Positions 33,309-39,862 of a stretch of 43,135 nucleotides of DNA are shown piece after piece. Position numbers and translations under genes: made by a program. A model generated the notes under the pieces. The model searched no databases, had not been told where the DNA came from, and saw nothing but the letters and a program-made list of their open reading frames with translations. This DNA comes from a virus, in the IMG/VR virus record IMGVR_UViG_3300010224_000023; one strand, written 5' to 3'. The first letter of the stretch is position 1; each line of letters opens with the position of its first letter.

Positions 33309-33967
33309 GCGCTCACCTCGGCAAAAACTGGGATGGGAAACAGTGCGCCGGATACGCTGTGATTCGCCTCGAACACCGCTCTCGCGAATCCGGCCGGCGT
33401 CTTAGACCGCAGCAGATCGCGGTCCGGCGATGGGGCCATCAGGTGCATCTTGCTACCCTCTGTGGCTTCTACTCGCCGCGGTTCCGGCATGACGAATCCG
33501 TTTCCAGTCCAGAGGCACGTCTTCTTTGTGTAGGTGTCTCCCGCTGGCTCCAGGTATCCACCAAAATCGCAAGGGTCGAAGGAGTAATCCGGCTTACGCC
33601 AATAGGTAGAGATGGTGCTTACAGGGTTCTCCAGCATCCACGGAGCTCCGGCCCACTCGCATATCTCGCGGCACCGCTCCACCAAGACAAGACCTTCGAT
33701 CAGACCGCGCAGACCTTTATCCTTGAACCATCGCGCGCCGCTGACCGCAAGGTTCTTGCACATCGGGAAGGCGAACACGGCTGCATACTCGCGCATCGGA
33801 GGCATCCAGGTCAGGAGGTCAGCGCCAATGCGGGTTATATTCCCATCCTTCGATTCTCCGGCTGGATGCAGAATGTCCACGATGATGCAGTCATACCCCG
33901 CTTCCGCCCAGGGCTGCACCATGATTCCGCTGTGATCGCAAAGAGAAAGAACTGTTCCATAGCTCAT
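33305..33967 (-). CDS. Small DNA (cytosine-5) methyltransferase-like SAM-dependent enzyme (220 aa)
   Basis: ATGA coupling at 33964..33967. Motifs: VLSLCDHSGIMVQPWAEAGYDCIIVD (motif I-like), FPMCKNLAVSGA (P-C catalytic-like motif, with one inserted residue), WMLENP (ENV-like), SKTPAGFARAVF. Confidence 0.55.
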   Translation of the reverse strand: MSYGTVLSLCDHSGIMVQPWAEAGYDCIIVDILHPAGESKDGNITRIGADLLTWMPPMREYAAVFAFPMCKNLAVSGARWFKDKGLRGLIEGLVLVERCREICEWAGAPWMLENPVSTISTYWRKPDYSFDPCDFGGYLEPAGDTYTKKTCLWTGNGFVMPEPRRVEATEGSKMHLMAPSPDRDLLRSKTPAGFARAVFEANHSVSGALFPIPVFAEVSA

Positions 33968-34359
33968 GCGCTCACCGCCATCTGCTGTGCCGAGGTTTTT
34001 GCAGGCTTTGGACCGCGCTTCCACGGAGTCCTCATCTGCAGATATTCCGTAAGCTCTGTCATGTCGCTTGGGCCGGAGAGAATCACATCCACACCATGCA
34101 GACCTTCGTACTCATCGGCCATGTTCGGCGCGGTTATGGCGATGACGGGAATATTCCACAAGCTCATCAGCTCCACATCGTCTGCCGGCCTGTCCACGGA
34201 GACGATGGCGCGGATGTCGCCAGACTTGATTGCTAGGTGCGCGCCCATCAGCGTGGATGCCTTACGCACCTCGTAGCGCCACGTCTTCAGCACCATCTCG
34301 CGGATACCGGAGCCTACCGGCGTGGTGTCGAACAGCAGGATTACTTTCTTCGGCCTCAT
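33964..34359 (-). CDS. Receiver (CheY-like) fold protein, probably a pseudo-receiver (131 aa)
   Basis: ATGA coupling at 34356..34359. The layout is KKVILLFDTT...IRAIVSVD...IPVIAITAP..., which is a REC-like beta-alpha pattern without the canonical DD pair and K. Confidence 0.4.
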   Translation of the reverse strand: MRPKKVILLFDTTPVGSGIREMVLKTWRYEVRKASTLMGAHLAIKSGDIRAIVSVDRPADDVELMSLWNIPVIAITAPNMADEYEGLHGVDVILSGPSDMTELTEYLQMRTPWKRGPKPAKTSAQQMAVSA

Positions 34360-35039
34360 GCGCTTGCCCTTTCTCTTCCTAGAATCTCTTTCACCCAATG
34401 CGGAGCCTGCTTTTCGTACTCGGGGCTTCCCTTGTTGCGCCGCAGACGCCAGAAGCCGATCTGCATCTCGCGCTCCTGCTCATGGGTCATCGTCGTAGCT
34501 TCGCGGTTCATGCCGACGGACGCCGCCGCTGCTTGCTTGGCCTGCTTGAGTTGGGCGCGGGTAAGTTTCTTGCCCCCCTCGCCAGAGGGGGGTTGGGGGG
34601 TATTAGACTGGCTCTGGCTCTGGCTCTGGCTATCACAAACCGTTTGTGAATCGTTTGTGAACTGTTTGTGACTTGCGCGAGCTACGTTGCGGGCAAATGG
34701 TGCGCATCCGTCTGCGAAGTGTTCCTGCCGCTTTTTGAGGAGCTGATGCACAGCGTTATCGGCATGCTCGCTCCAGTCGTGGACCAGGTACTTGTCATCC
34801 TTCACGTCCACGAATCCGCAGCGAAGAAACGCATCCCATAGCCCTTGCGCATCTCCGGTGTAGCGAATAGAACGAGCCATCAGAGACGGGCGCACGCCTG
34901 TGAGGTCACCGGACGGGCGATACTTCGCCACCCAATGCCAGAAGACCTCAAGGAGCCCGACTGCAAATGGCTCCATGATGCCAAGCTCGTCGGCCAACAT
35001 GATCGTCTTCTCGTGCTCTAGGATTCCGCGCTTCGCCAC
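34356..35039 (-). CDS. Replication organiser/initiator-like protein (227 aa) containing the putative origin
   Basis: The N-terminal domain FAVGLLEVFWHWVAKY... resembles phage replisome-organiser N-termini (weak). It has an internal SQSQSQSQS linker and carries iterons in its own coding sequence. Confidence 0.45.
   Translation of the reverse strand: MAKRGILEHEKTIMLADELGIMEPFAVGLLEVFWHWVAKYRPSGDLTGVRPSLMARSIRYTGDAQGLWDAFLRCGFVDVKDDKYLVHDWSEHADNAVHQLLKKRQEHFADGCAPFARNVARASHKQFTNDSQTVCDSQSQSQSQSNTPQPPSGEGGKKLTRAQLKQAKQAAAASVGMNREATTMTHEQEREMQIGFWRLRRNKGSPEYEKQAPHWVKEILGRERASA
34573..34672. repeat. Putative origin of replication: 8-bp GC hairpin, (CTGGCT)4, and three 11-bp-spaced iterons plus one inverted copy
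   Basis: CCCCCCTC-gcca-GAGGGGGG lies at 34573..34592 and ctggct x4 at about 34604..34630. TCACAAAC is at 34633..34640 (inverted copy). GTTTGTGAA is at 34642 and 34653, and GTTTGTGAC at 34664. Confidence 0.55.
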
Positions 35040-35063
35040 GTACCGTTCTCTTTCTTTCTGGCC

Positions 35064-35645
35064 CTATGCGCTTACGCGCTGAAACTCTTGATCTAACTGC
35101 GTGGGGATCTGGTACCCGTCGTCCTGCATCATCTGTTGCCGTAGCCGCTCCGCATCACGAAACTTGCCGCGCGCCATCAATCGGTCGTACTCGCGGCGAG
35201 CCTGCCGGATATGATCAGGAACTTCCACGGTCTGCGCATCCATAATTGGCTTGTTGTACTGCTCATCTTCGCGGTATTCACGGCATGTATCGCAATATTG
35301 AAATCGTCCAGGCGCGCGCTCTCCGCCGCATCCTCTACACGTTGGCGTGGGTGGCTCCGGCTTGGCCCGTCTTGGAGACGCAGGCTCCGGCTCTATCTTC
35401 GCCGGAGGGGTGAGCATCATGGTCCCGTCCGCAACAGACTTGATCTTGTGTACAAGCCCCCACACAGGTAAACGGAGCGCATCAGAGATGCGTATCAGGG
35501 CCTCCAGTGGAGGATTGATCTTGCCGCGCTCTAACTGCGAGACATAGTTACGACTCGCACCCATCTTCTCGGCCAATTCCCACTGGTACATGCCAGCGTG
35601 TTCGCGAAGATTACGGATGACTTTTCCGACTGGAAGTTTTGTCAT
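35064..35645 (-). CDS. XRE-family HTH regulator with C-terminal Zn-ribbon extension (193 aa)
   Basis: IRNLREHAGMYQWELAEKMGASRNYVSQLERGK is the HTH_3 pattern. It also has CRGCGG...YCDTC. There is ATGA coupling to dut. Confidence 0.75.
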   Translation of the reverse strand: MTKLPVGKVIRNLREHAGMYQWELAEKMGASRNYVSQLERGKINPPLEALIRISDALRLPVWGLVHKIKSVADGTMMLTPPAKIEPEPASPRRAKPEPPTPTCRGCGGERAPGRFQYCDTCREYREDEQYNKPIMDAQTVEVPDHIRQARREYDRLMARGKFRDAERLRQQMMQDDGYQIPTQLDQEFQRVSA

Positions 35646-36067
35646 GCGCCCGTACTCCCCAACCCGCCGGCCCCGCGCTCTGTTTCAGGCAGGGAAGCGA
35701 CCTCGACAAACTCAGCGCGATCCACCTTCGCAATCTCCGCCTGTGCGATACGGTCGCCAGCCTTGACCGCGAGTAACCCGCCATCGGATACCAGCTTGAC
35801 CATCAGTTCGCCGCGATAGTCCGAGTCGATAATGCCCGTACCGTTTGCGAGCCGGATGCCGTGTTTGAAGCCATGCCCAGACCGCGAGTAGACGTTGATC
35901 TTGTAGCCCTCTGGAATCTCCAACGCCAGGCCAGTGCCAAACACGCACGCCGCATCATGGGACACAATGCCGTCGTTGATGGCGTGCAGGTCGAAGCAGG
36001 CCGCGCCCGGTGTCTGGTACTGCGGAACAATCGCGTCAGGGTGCAGCTTGAGGATGTTTACCTTCAT
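35642..36067 (-). CDS. dut: dUTP pyrophosphatase (trimeric dUTPase)
   Basis: GAACFDL, SRSG, GIIDSDYRGE and the C-terminal RGAGGLGSTG motifs are present. Confidence 0.9.
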   Translation of the reverse strand: MKVNILKLHPDAIVPQYQTPGAACFDLHAINDGIVSHDAACVFGTGLALEIPEGYKINVYSRSGHGFKHGIRLANGTGIIDSDYRGELMVKLVSDGGLLAVKAGDRIAQAEIAKVDRAEFVEVASLPETERGAGGLGSTGA

Positions 36068-36645
36068 GCGGACACCGCCTGCATGGCTGCATCGCGAGCC
36101 GCGTTTACACGGCTCATCTGCTCATGACTTCCGCCGCGATCTGGATGCGCCTCCATAGCCAGTTTGCGATGAGCCGACGAGATTTCCGCCGCGGAGGACA
36201 TCGGCGGTATGCCGAGCACCATCCAGCAGTCTTCTCCGGCTCCGGCTGTATCCGTGAGCGCCTTGAAGCCCGTAAAGGCGCGCTCCATCATGTCGGAAGC
36301 TCCCCACCGCTCAATACCGCGTAGAGCTTCGATGGTCTTGCCAATCGCATAGATGTTGTCGCGCGTGTAGTAATACTTGTCGCATGCAAATACCATGCTT
36401 CGGCCCTTGTGACGGAAGTAGACAGCCACACCAGCATCTTTAGGTTCAGGTGCGCTCGCTCGCGGCATCCCGTCATTTCGCAGCGGAACATTCGTGGAGA
36501 TGATGACGTTCGTTCCGCCCATGCGGGAAATCTCATTCGTCAGGAATATCCGCGCGGCATTGAAGCCTGTCTGGAATCGGCTCCGCTCTGGATGTGCCGT
36601 TCTTTTCCATCCATCCGGCCAATGCAAAGGAAATGCTTCAATCAT
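36064..36645 (-). CDS. J-domain (DnaJ-like) protein with uncharacterised N-terminal domain (193 aa)
   Basis: The C-terminus is WMVLGIPPMSSAAEISSAHRKLAMEAHPDRGGSHEQMSRVNAARD, with an HPD motif. The start was set at MIEAFPLHWPDGW (GGTGGCGGA upstream). The longer TTG-start extension looks non-coding. Confidence 0.7.
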   Translation of the reverse strand: MIEAFPLHWPDGWKRTAHPERSRFQTGFNAARIFLTNEISRMGGTNVIISTNVPLRNDGMPRASAPEPKDAGVAVYFRHKGRSMVFACDKYYYTRDNIYAIGKTIEALRGIERWGASDMMERAFTGFKALTDTAGAGEDCWMVLGIPPMSSAAEISSAHRKLAMEAHPDRGGSHEQMSRVNAARDAAMQAVSA

Positions 36646-36799
36646 TCCGCCACCCACTTTCCAAGCGCATCCCCGCGCTTCTGCTGGAGATGGCATGCAA
36701 GGCACCACCGGCGCTCTGGTAAACGTCCGGGCGCGATAGCGGAATAGTCCCAATCGTGGCGCAGGATAGAGCAGAGGAATTGCTTGAGACGGACTAGCA

Positions 36800-37081
36800 T
36801 TAGGCGCACCCGTTCCTGCGCGTCGAGGTAGAGCGAGAAGCCTTCTGCCCCCGGCGCGTTACCGTGATGCTGCGATGGCCTACGCCGCGCTTGATGTATC
36901 CATCGCGGGCGAGGATCGTAACCAGTTGCGTGATGGCCGTCTTGCTGACATCCATAAGGTCGGCAAGGTTCTTGTAGCTTGGCGGTCTACCGTTGGCCTT
37001 GATGTATCGGCATATCTCGCGCAAAGCATCCTGCTGGCGCGGACTGATGGGGTCGCGGGATGGATATTGTCCAATGGTCAT
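36800..37081 (-). CDS. LexA N-terminal DNA-binding-domain-only protein (93 aa); candidate switch regulator
   Basis: ISPRQQDALREICRYIKANGRPPSYKNLADLMDVSKTAITQLVTILARDGYIKR matches the LexA_DNA_bind winged-helix pattern. No S24 peptidase domain follows. It is the first gene leftward of the divergent AT-rich region. Confidence 0.65.
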   Translation of the reverse strand: MTIGQYPSRDPISPRQQDALREICRYIKANGRPPSYKNLADLMDVSKTAITQLVTILARDGYIKRGVGHRSITVTRRGQKASRSTSTRRNGCA

Positions 37082-37131
37082 GCTCCATCAGCATGGCGTA
37101 AATCGCTTCAGAACGCAAGACGTTTTTAGCC

Positions 37132-37160
37132 TTGACCTAAAAATAAATGGATGAGAATAT
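37132..37160 (+). promoter_or_regulatory. Putative sigma70-type promoter for the accessory cassette
   Basis: TTGACC (37132..37137), a 17-nt spacer, then TG-a-GAATAT (extended -10, 37152..37160), all in an AT-rich island. On the opposite strand, TTGACG (complement of 37175..37180) could give an overlapping divergent promoter. Confidence 0.35.
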
Positions 37161-37329
37161 TTTTCATGTCCAAACGTCAATACATCTTGCGCTCTAACGT
37201 CAGGCGCATGTAGAGTTTGGAGTCTAGCGCGATGCGATTGTTACCCTAGAGGTTGCCTCATGTACTCAAAACGGCACAAAAAAACGCTTCATAATGCTCT
37301 CTATGCGCCTCTGCGCACGGAGAACAAAA

Positions 37330-37473
37330 ATGAAGACTTCCCGCCTTATCGCTTTCGGTTTCGTGATCGCTCTCGCCGCAGTGGCTGGAGCCAAGTCCAC
37401 GATGTTCGCTGCGGTTACGCCACACTGGAATCCGATCCCGCTCTGCCCGCCCAGCGCCCCGGACTGCAAGTAA
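37330..37473 (+). CDS. Secreted micro-protein precursor (47 aa); not in the ORF track
   Basis: GGAGAA lies 5 nt upstream of the ATG. It encodes MKTSRLIAFGFVIALAAVAGA|KSTMFAAVTPHWNPIPLCPPSAPDCK, a canonical n-h-c signal peptide followed by a ~26-aa Pro-rich tail with 2 Cys. It ends 10 nt before the 7-TM gene. Confidence 0.55.
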   Translation: MKTSRLIAFGFVIALAAVAGAKSTMFAAVTPHWNPIPLCPPSAPDCK

Positions 37474-37482
37474 TCATCCAAG

Positions 37483-38214
37483 GTGCCCTCTCCGAAAGGG
37501 GGCGCCTTGCACTATAGCCCTTGGCAGTTCGCCATCGCTTTCCTCGGGATCACCGGAAACATGCTCATCGCTGGCATCGTTGTCACGTCCCGCCGCACGA
37601 AGCAATGGCCTTCTATTCTGTTCCTTTGTCTGTTTGAAGCGATCTTGAGCTGCCTACTTCTGTACGAGCGCGGCGTATATCGGCATTACTTCTGGACGTA
37701 TTGGATCGCCGCTTGCATCCGCCCATTTCTGCGCCTTTGGATCGTGGCCGACATCGCACGGTCGTTCCCCGGCCTCGGCTGGATACCCCGTAAGGTTTGG
37801 ATTTTCTTAGGTTCAATTGGTGTTTCTATCCTCGTCCTGTCCTTCGTCGTCAATCACCATGCCGGGATTGATTTGCGCGGGTGGGTATCGGGTATCGTCC
37901 TGCGAGAGAGAGCGGTGGAATACGCGCTGCTCATGCTCTACGCGTTCTTTCTCTTGGTCGGCAGAGTCACAGGGTTCGCCTGGAGCGCCAGCGGTTCGCT
38001 AGTGGCGCATGGGACGAGCATTCAGGCTCTTACGTCGGCAATCGCCCCACTCCTGTTCGCCTTCACGCCGAACGGCCCAAAGCACACACTTGCGGAGATC
38101 CTTATCGCCACCGGCGGTACGGCTTCGCTGTGCGTATGGGGTTCGGCGCTGCGTTCGCGATACAACCTTCCTGCTAACTTTCCGAGCTTTGCGCGCGAGG
38201 GTGCCATAAAATGA
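37483..38214 (+). CDS. Polytopic membrane protein, about 7 TM helices (243 aa; alternative start TTG 37507)
   Basis: There are seven hydrophobic segments of about 20 aa (for example WQFAIAFLGITGNMLIAGIVV and VWIFLGSIGVSILVLSFVV). I recognise no family. Confidence 0.65.
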   Translation: MPSPKGGALHYSPWQFAIAFLGITGNMLIAGIVVTSRRTKQWPSILFLCLFEAILSCLLLYERGVYRHYFWTYWIAACIRPFLRLWIVADIARSFPGLGWIPRKVWIFLGSIGVSILVLSFVVNHHAGIDLRGWVSGIVLRERAVEYALLMLYAFFLLVGRVTGFAWSASGSLVAHGTSIQALTSAIAPLLFAFTPNGPKHTLAEILIATGGTASLCVWGSALRSRYNLPANFPSFAREGAIK

Positions 38215-38720
38215 GCTTCAATCTGTTCTCGGTGATCGCTTCGACGGCCTGCGTTGCCGTAGTCGTACTACTCCTGTCCTTGTCTCGCCCATCGTTCCAT
38301 GCAGCTTGCAATAAAGCGATGGAGTTTTATCGGCCCAATGTACTCGATGGACTCTACCAGTTCATCGACAATCTCCTCTCTAGCGATGCCGAGTTCTGGC
38401 AAGCATCGCAGGGTCTACGCGGGGTCACGCGCCGCATGGTCAACGCCCTAGTTCTTCTCCGGGTCGTGCAAGTCCATTACGCTTTCGGACTCATCACAGC
38501 CGAAGAGGCGTTGGACGTGGCGCAGCAGGCGTGCGCGCTCGCATGGCTCTCCTTCCTGTCATATCCAGAGGCAGCATGGTGCGCCATCTGGAAGCGCCTC
38601 CCCCATGCAAATGCTCGATACGCGCTGGAAGCATACGCGAATCTGGCTGCATTGGCGTCAGGAATCACCTACACTAAGTATGCACAATCGTCCATACTGG
38701 AATTAAAGGATTCCCTTTAA
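38211..38720 (+). CDS. N-terminally TM-anchored helical protein (169 aa)
   Basis: ATGA coupling to the upstream gene. The TM segment is FSVIASTACVAVVVLLLSL and the remainder is predicted helical. Confidence 0.6.
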   Translation: MSFNLFSVIASTACVAVVVLLLSLSRPSFHAACNKAMEFYRPNVLDGLYQFIDNLLSSDAEFWQASQGLRGVTRRMVNALVLLRVVQVHYAFGLITAEEALDVAQQACALAWLSFLSYPEAAWCAIWKRLPHANARYALEAYANLAALASGITYTKYAQSSILELKDSL

Positions 38721-38721
38721 T

Positions 38722-39141
38722 ATGAAGACATTAGCCGAACAAGGCTTGCCGGAATTACGCAAGCGGCTCTCCCGGGTCCGCGAACTTCTATTAGAGCGCG
38801 AACCGCTCCTTATGTACGAGATGGAAGCGGTGCAGATCGCCATCAAAGCGAAGGAGTCCGGCGTGCCGTCCCTCTACGCCGAGGCCGACGACTGGCCGAA
38901 AGCTCTACGCCTTTGCCTCGCTAATCGCATGAGCTGGATGACCTATGCCCAGATAGCCGAAGACCTCGTAGAAGGCGGCTTCCTGAAGAAAAAAGAAGGC
39001 TCTACGAACGTCACGAACATGATGACGCGGCACCATGCCTGGATGCGCCCGAAGAAGCCCAAGGTGCAAACCCTCATCGTGCGCGGTGATCGCTTCGGTC
39101 TGCCTGAGTGGGAAGGCCGCGACGACATCCCCGATCTGTAG
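38722..39141 (+). CDS. HARE-HTH-like DNA-binding protein (139 aa)
   Basis: It starts 1 nt after the upstream stop. The C-terminal half MTYAQIAEDLVEGGFLKKKEGSTNVTNMMTRHH....LIVRGDRFGLPEW matches the HARE-HTH pattern ending R-G-x-F-G-L-x-E-W (from memory). Confidence 0.5.
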   Translation: MKTLAEQGLPELRKRLSRVRELLLEREPLLMYEMEAVQIAIKAKESGVPSLYAEADDWPKALRLCLANRMSWMTYAQIAEDLVEGGFLKKKEGSTNVTNMMTRHHAWMRPKKPKVQTLIVRGDRFGLPEWEGRDDIPDL

Positions 39142-39178
39142 CAGGTAAAAATATTTTTAAAAATTAGCTAAAAATATC

Positions 39179-39207
39179 TTGCATTAAGAAGCGAAAGCGG
39201 ACATACT
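39179..39207 (+). promoter_or_regulatory. Putative early-right promoter in an AT-rich island
   Basis: TTGCAT, a 17-nt spacer, then CATACT. It is preceded by the 12-bp perfect palindrome AAAAATATTTTT (39147..39158). Confidence 0.3.
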
Positions 39208-39245
39208 CTCAATATGCACAAACGTGCAGTTGGGAGTTTCGCTTT

Positions 39246-39521
39246 ATGAGCCTAGCCACCGCCCCACAGACCACCCCCGAGCTACCGATCTCAGCCACGA
39301 TCTTCCTCGTCAAGAGCAAGGAAGAGAGCTGCTTCGGCGGACCCTCTGAGCGCCAGTATCAGCTCAGCCTCCAGCCGGTAGACGAAGACGGCGAGTTCCT
39401 TGGTGACACCCTCATCGTTGATGTCCTTCCTCCGGTGTTTGAGTCCGCACGCGTCGGATCGCGCGTCCATATTGGCCAGTTCATTGAGGCTTCCATTTCC
39501 TCTTCTGAGGTGGCGGCGTGA
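39246..39521 (+). CDS. Hypothetical early protein (91 aa)
   Basis: It is the first ORF after the AT-rich island, with GGGAG upstream. Confidence 0.55.
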   Translation: MSLATAPQTTPELPISATIFLVKSKEESCFGGPSERQYQLSLQPVDEDGEFLGDTLIVDVLPPVFESARVGSRVHIGQFIEASISSSEVAA

Positions 39522-39862
39522 AGACGACCGTAACGCAAGGCATAAAAATTGGCGTTCCCAAGCGCGAATCCGGCGGAGACAGCACCCTTTTTGCGTGGGT
39601 GGTTGTTCCAGAACTGGACAAGCGGCACGACTACAGCGGGGAATGCTACAACGTCGAACTGCAGGTGTGCGTTGACGACCCCGATGAGGAGAGGCAGATT
39701 GCAGATCATCTTGCGAACTGCATCAATAGAGGCTCGGCGATGGCAGATGCTCTGCGCGCCGCATATCGCGCCATCGACTCAGTAGCTTTCCTTCAGCGCG
39801 AAGGCGACACGGACGAAATCAAGCGCACGATATTGGCAGCCATCGAAAGCGAGGCGGCATGA
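39518..39862 (+). CDS. Hypothetical early protein (114 aa)
   Basis: It has a start/stop overlap with both neighbours. Confidence 0.55.
   Translation: MKTTVTQGIKIGVPKRESGGDSTLFAWVVVPELDKRHDYSGECYNVELQVCVDDPDEERQIADHLANCINRGSAMADALRAAYRAIDSVAFLQREGDTDEIKRTILAAIESEAA

Noticed and set aside
34604-34630. The (CTGGCT)4 hexamer repeat as an independent microsatellite or contingency locus.
   Set aside because: The 6-nt unit keeps the frame (an SQ dipeptide linker). It was treated as part of the putative origin/linker region rather than as a separate switch.
36646-36753. The TTG-initiated 36-aa extension of the J-domain protein ORF.
   Set aside because: The extension (MGLFRYRARTFTRAPVVPCMPSPAEARGCAWKVGGG) looks non-protein-like. 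The internal ATG 36645 has an upstream purine-rich SD-like sequence and begins the conserved-looking FPLHWPDGW domain.
37260-37517. An 85-aa track ORF upstream of the 7-TM gene.
   Set aside because: It has no SD, and its translation is Arg/Ser-rich and low in complexity. It overlaps the 7-TM start. The alternative-frame 47-aa ORF (37330..37473), with a strong SD and a signal peptide, explains the region better.
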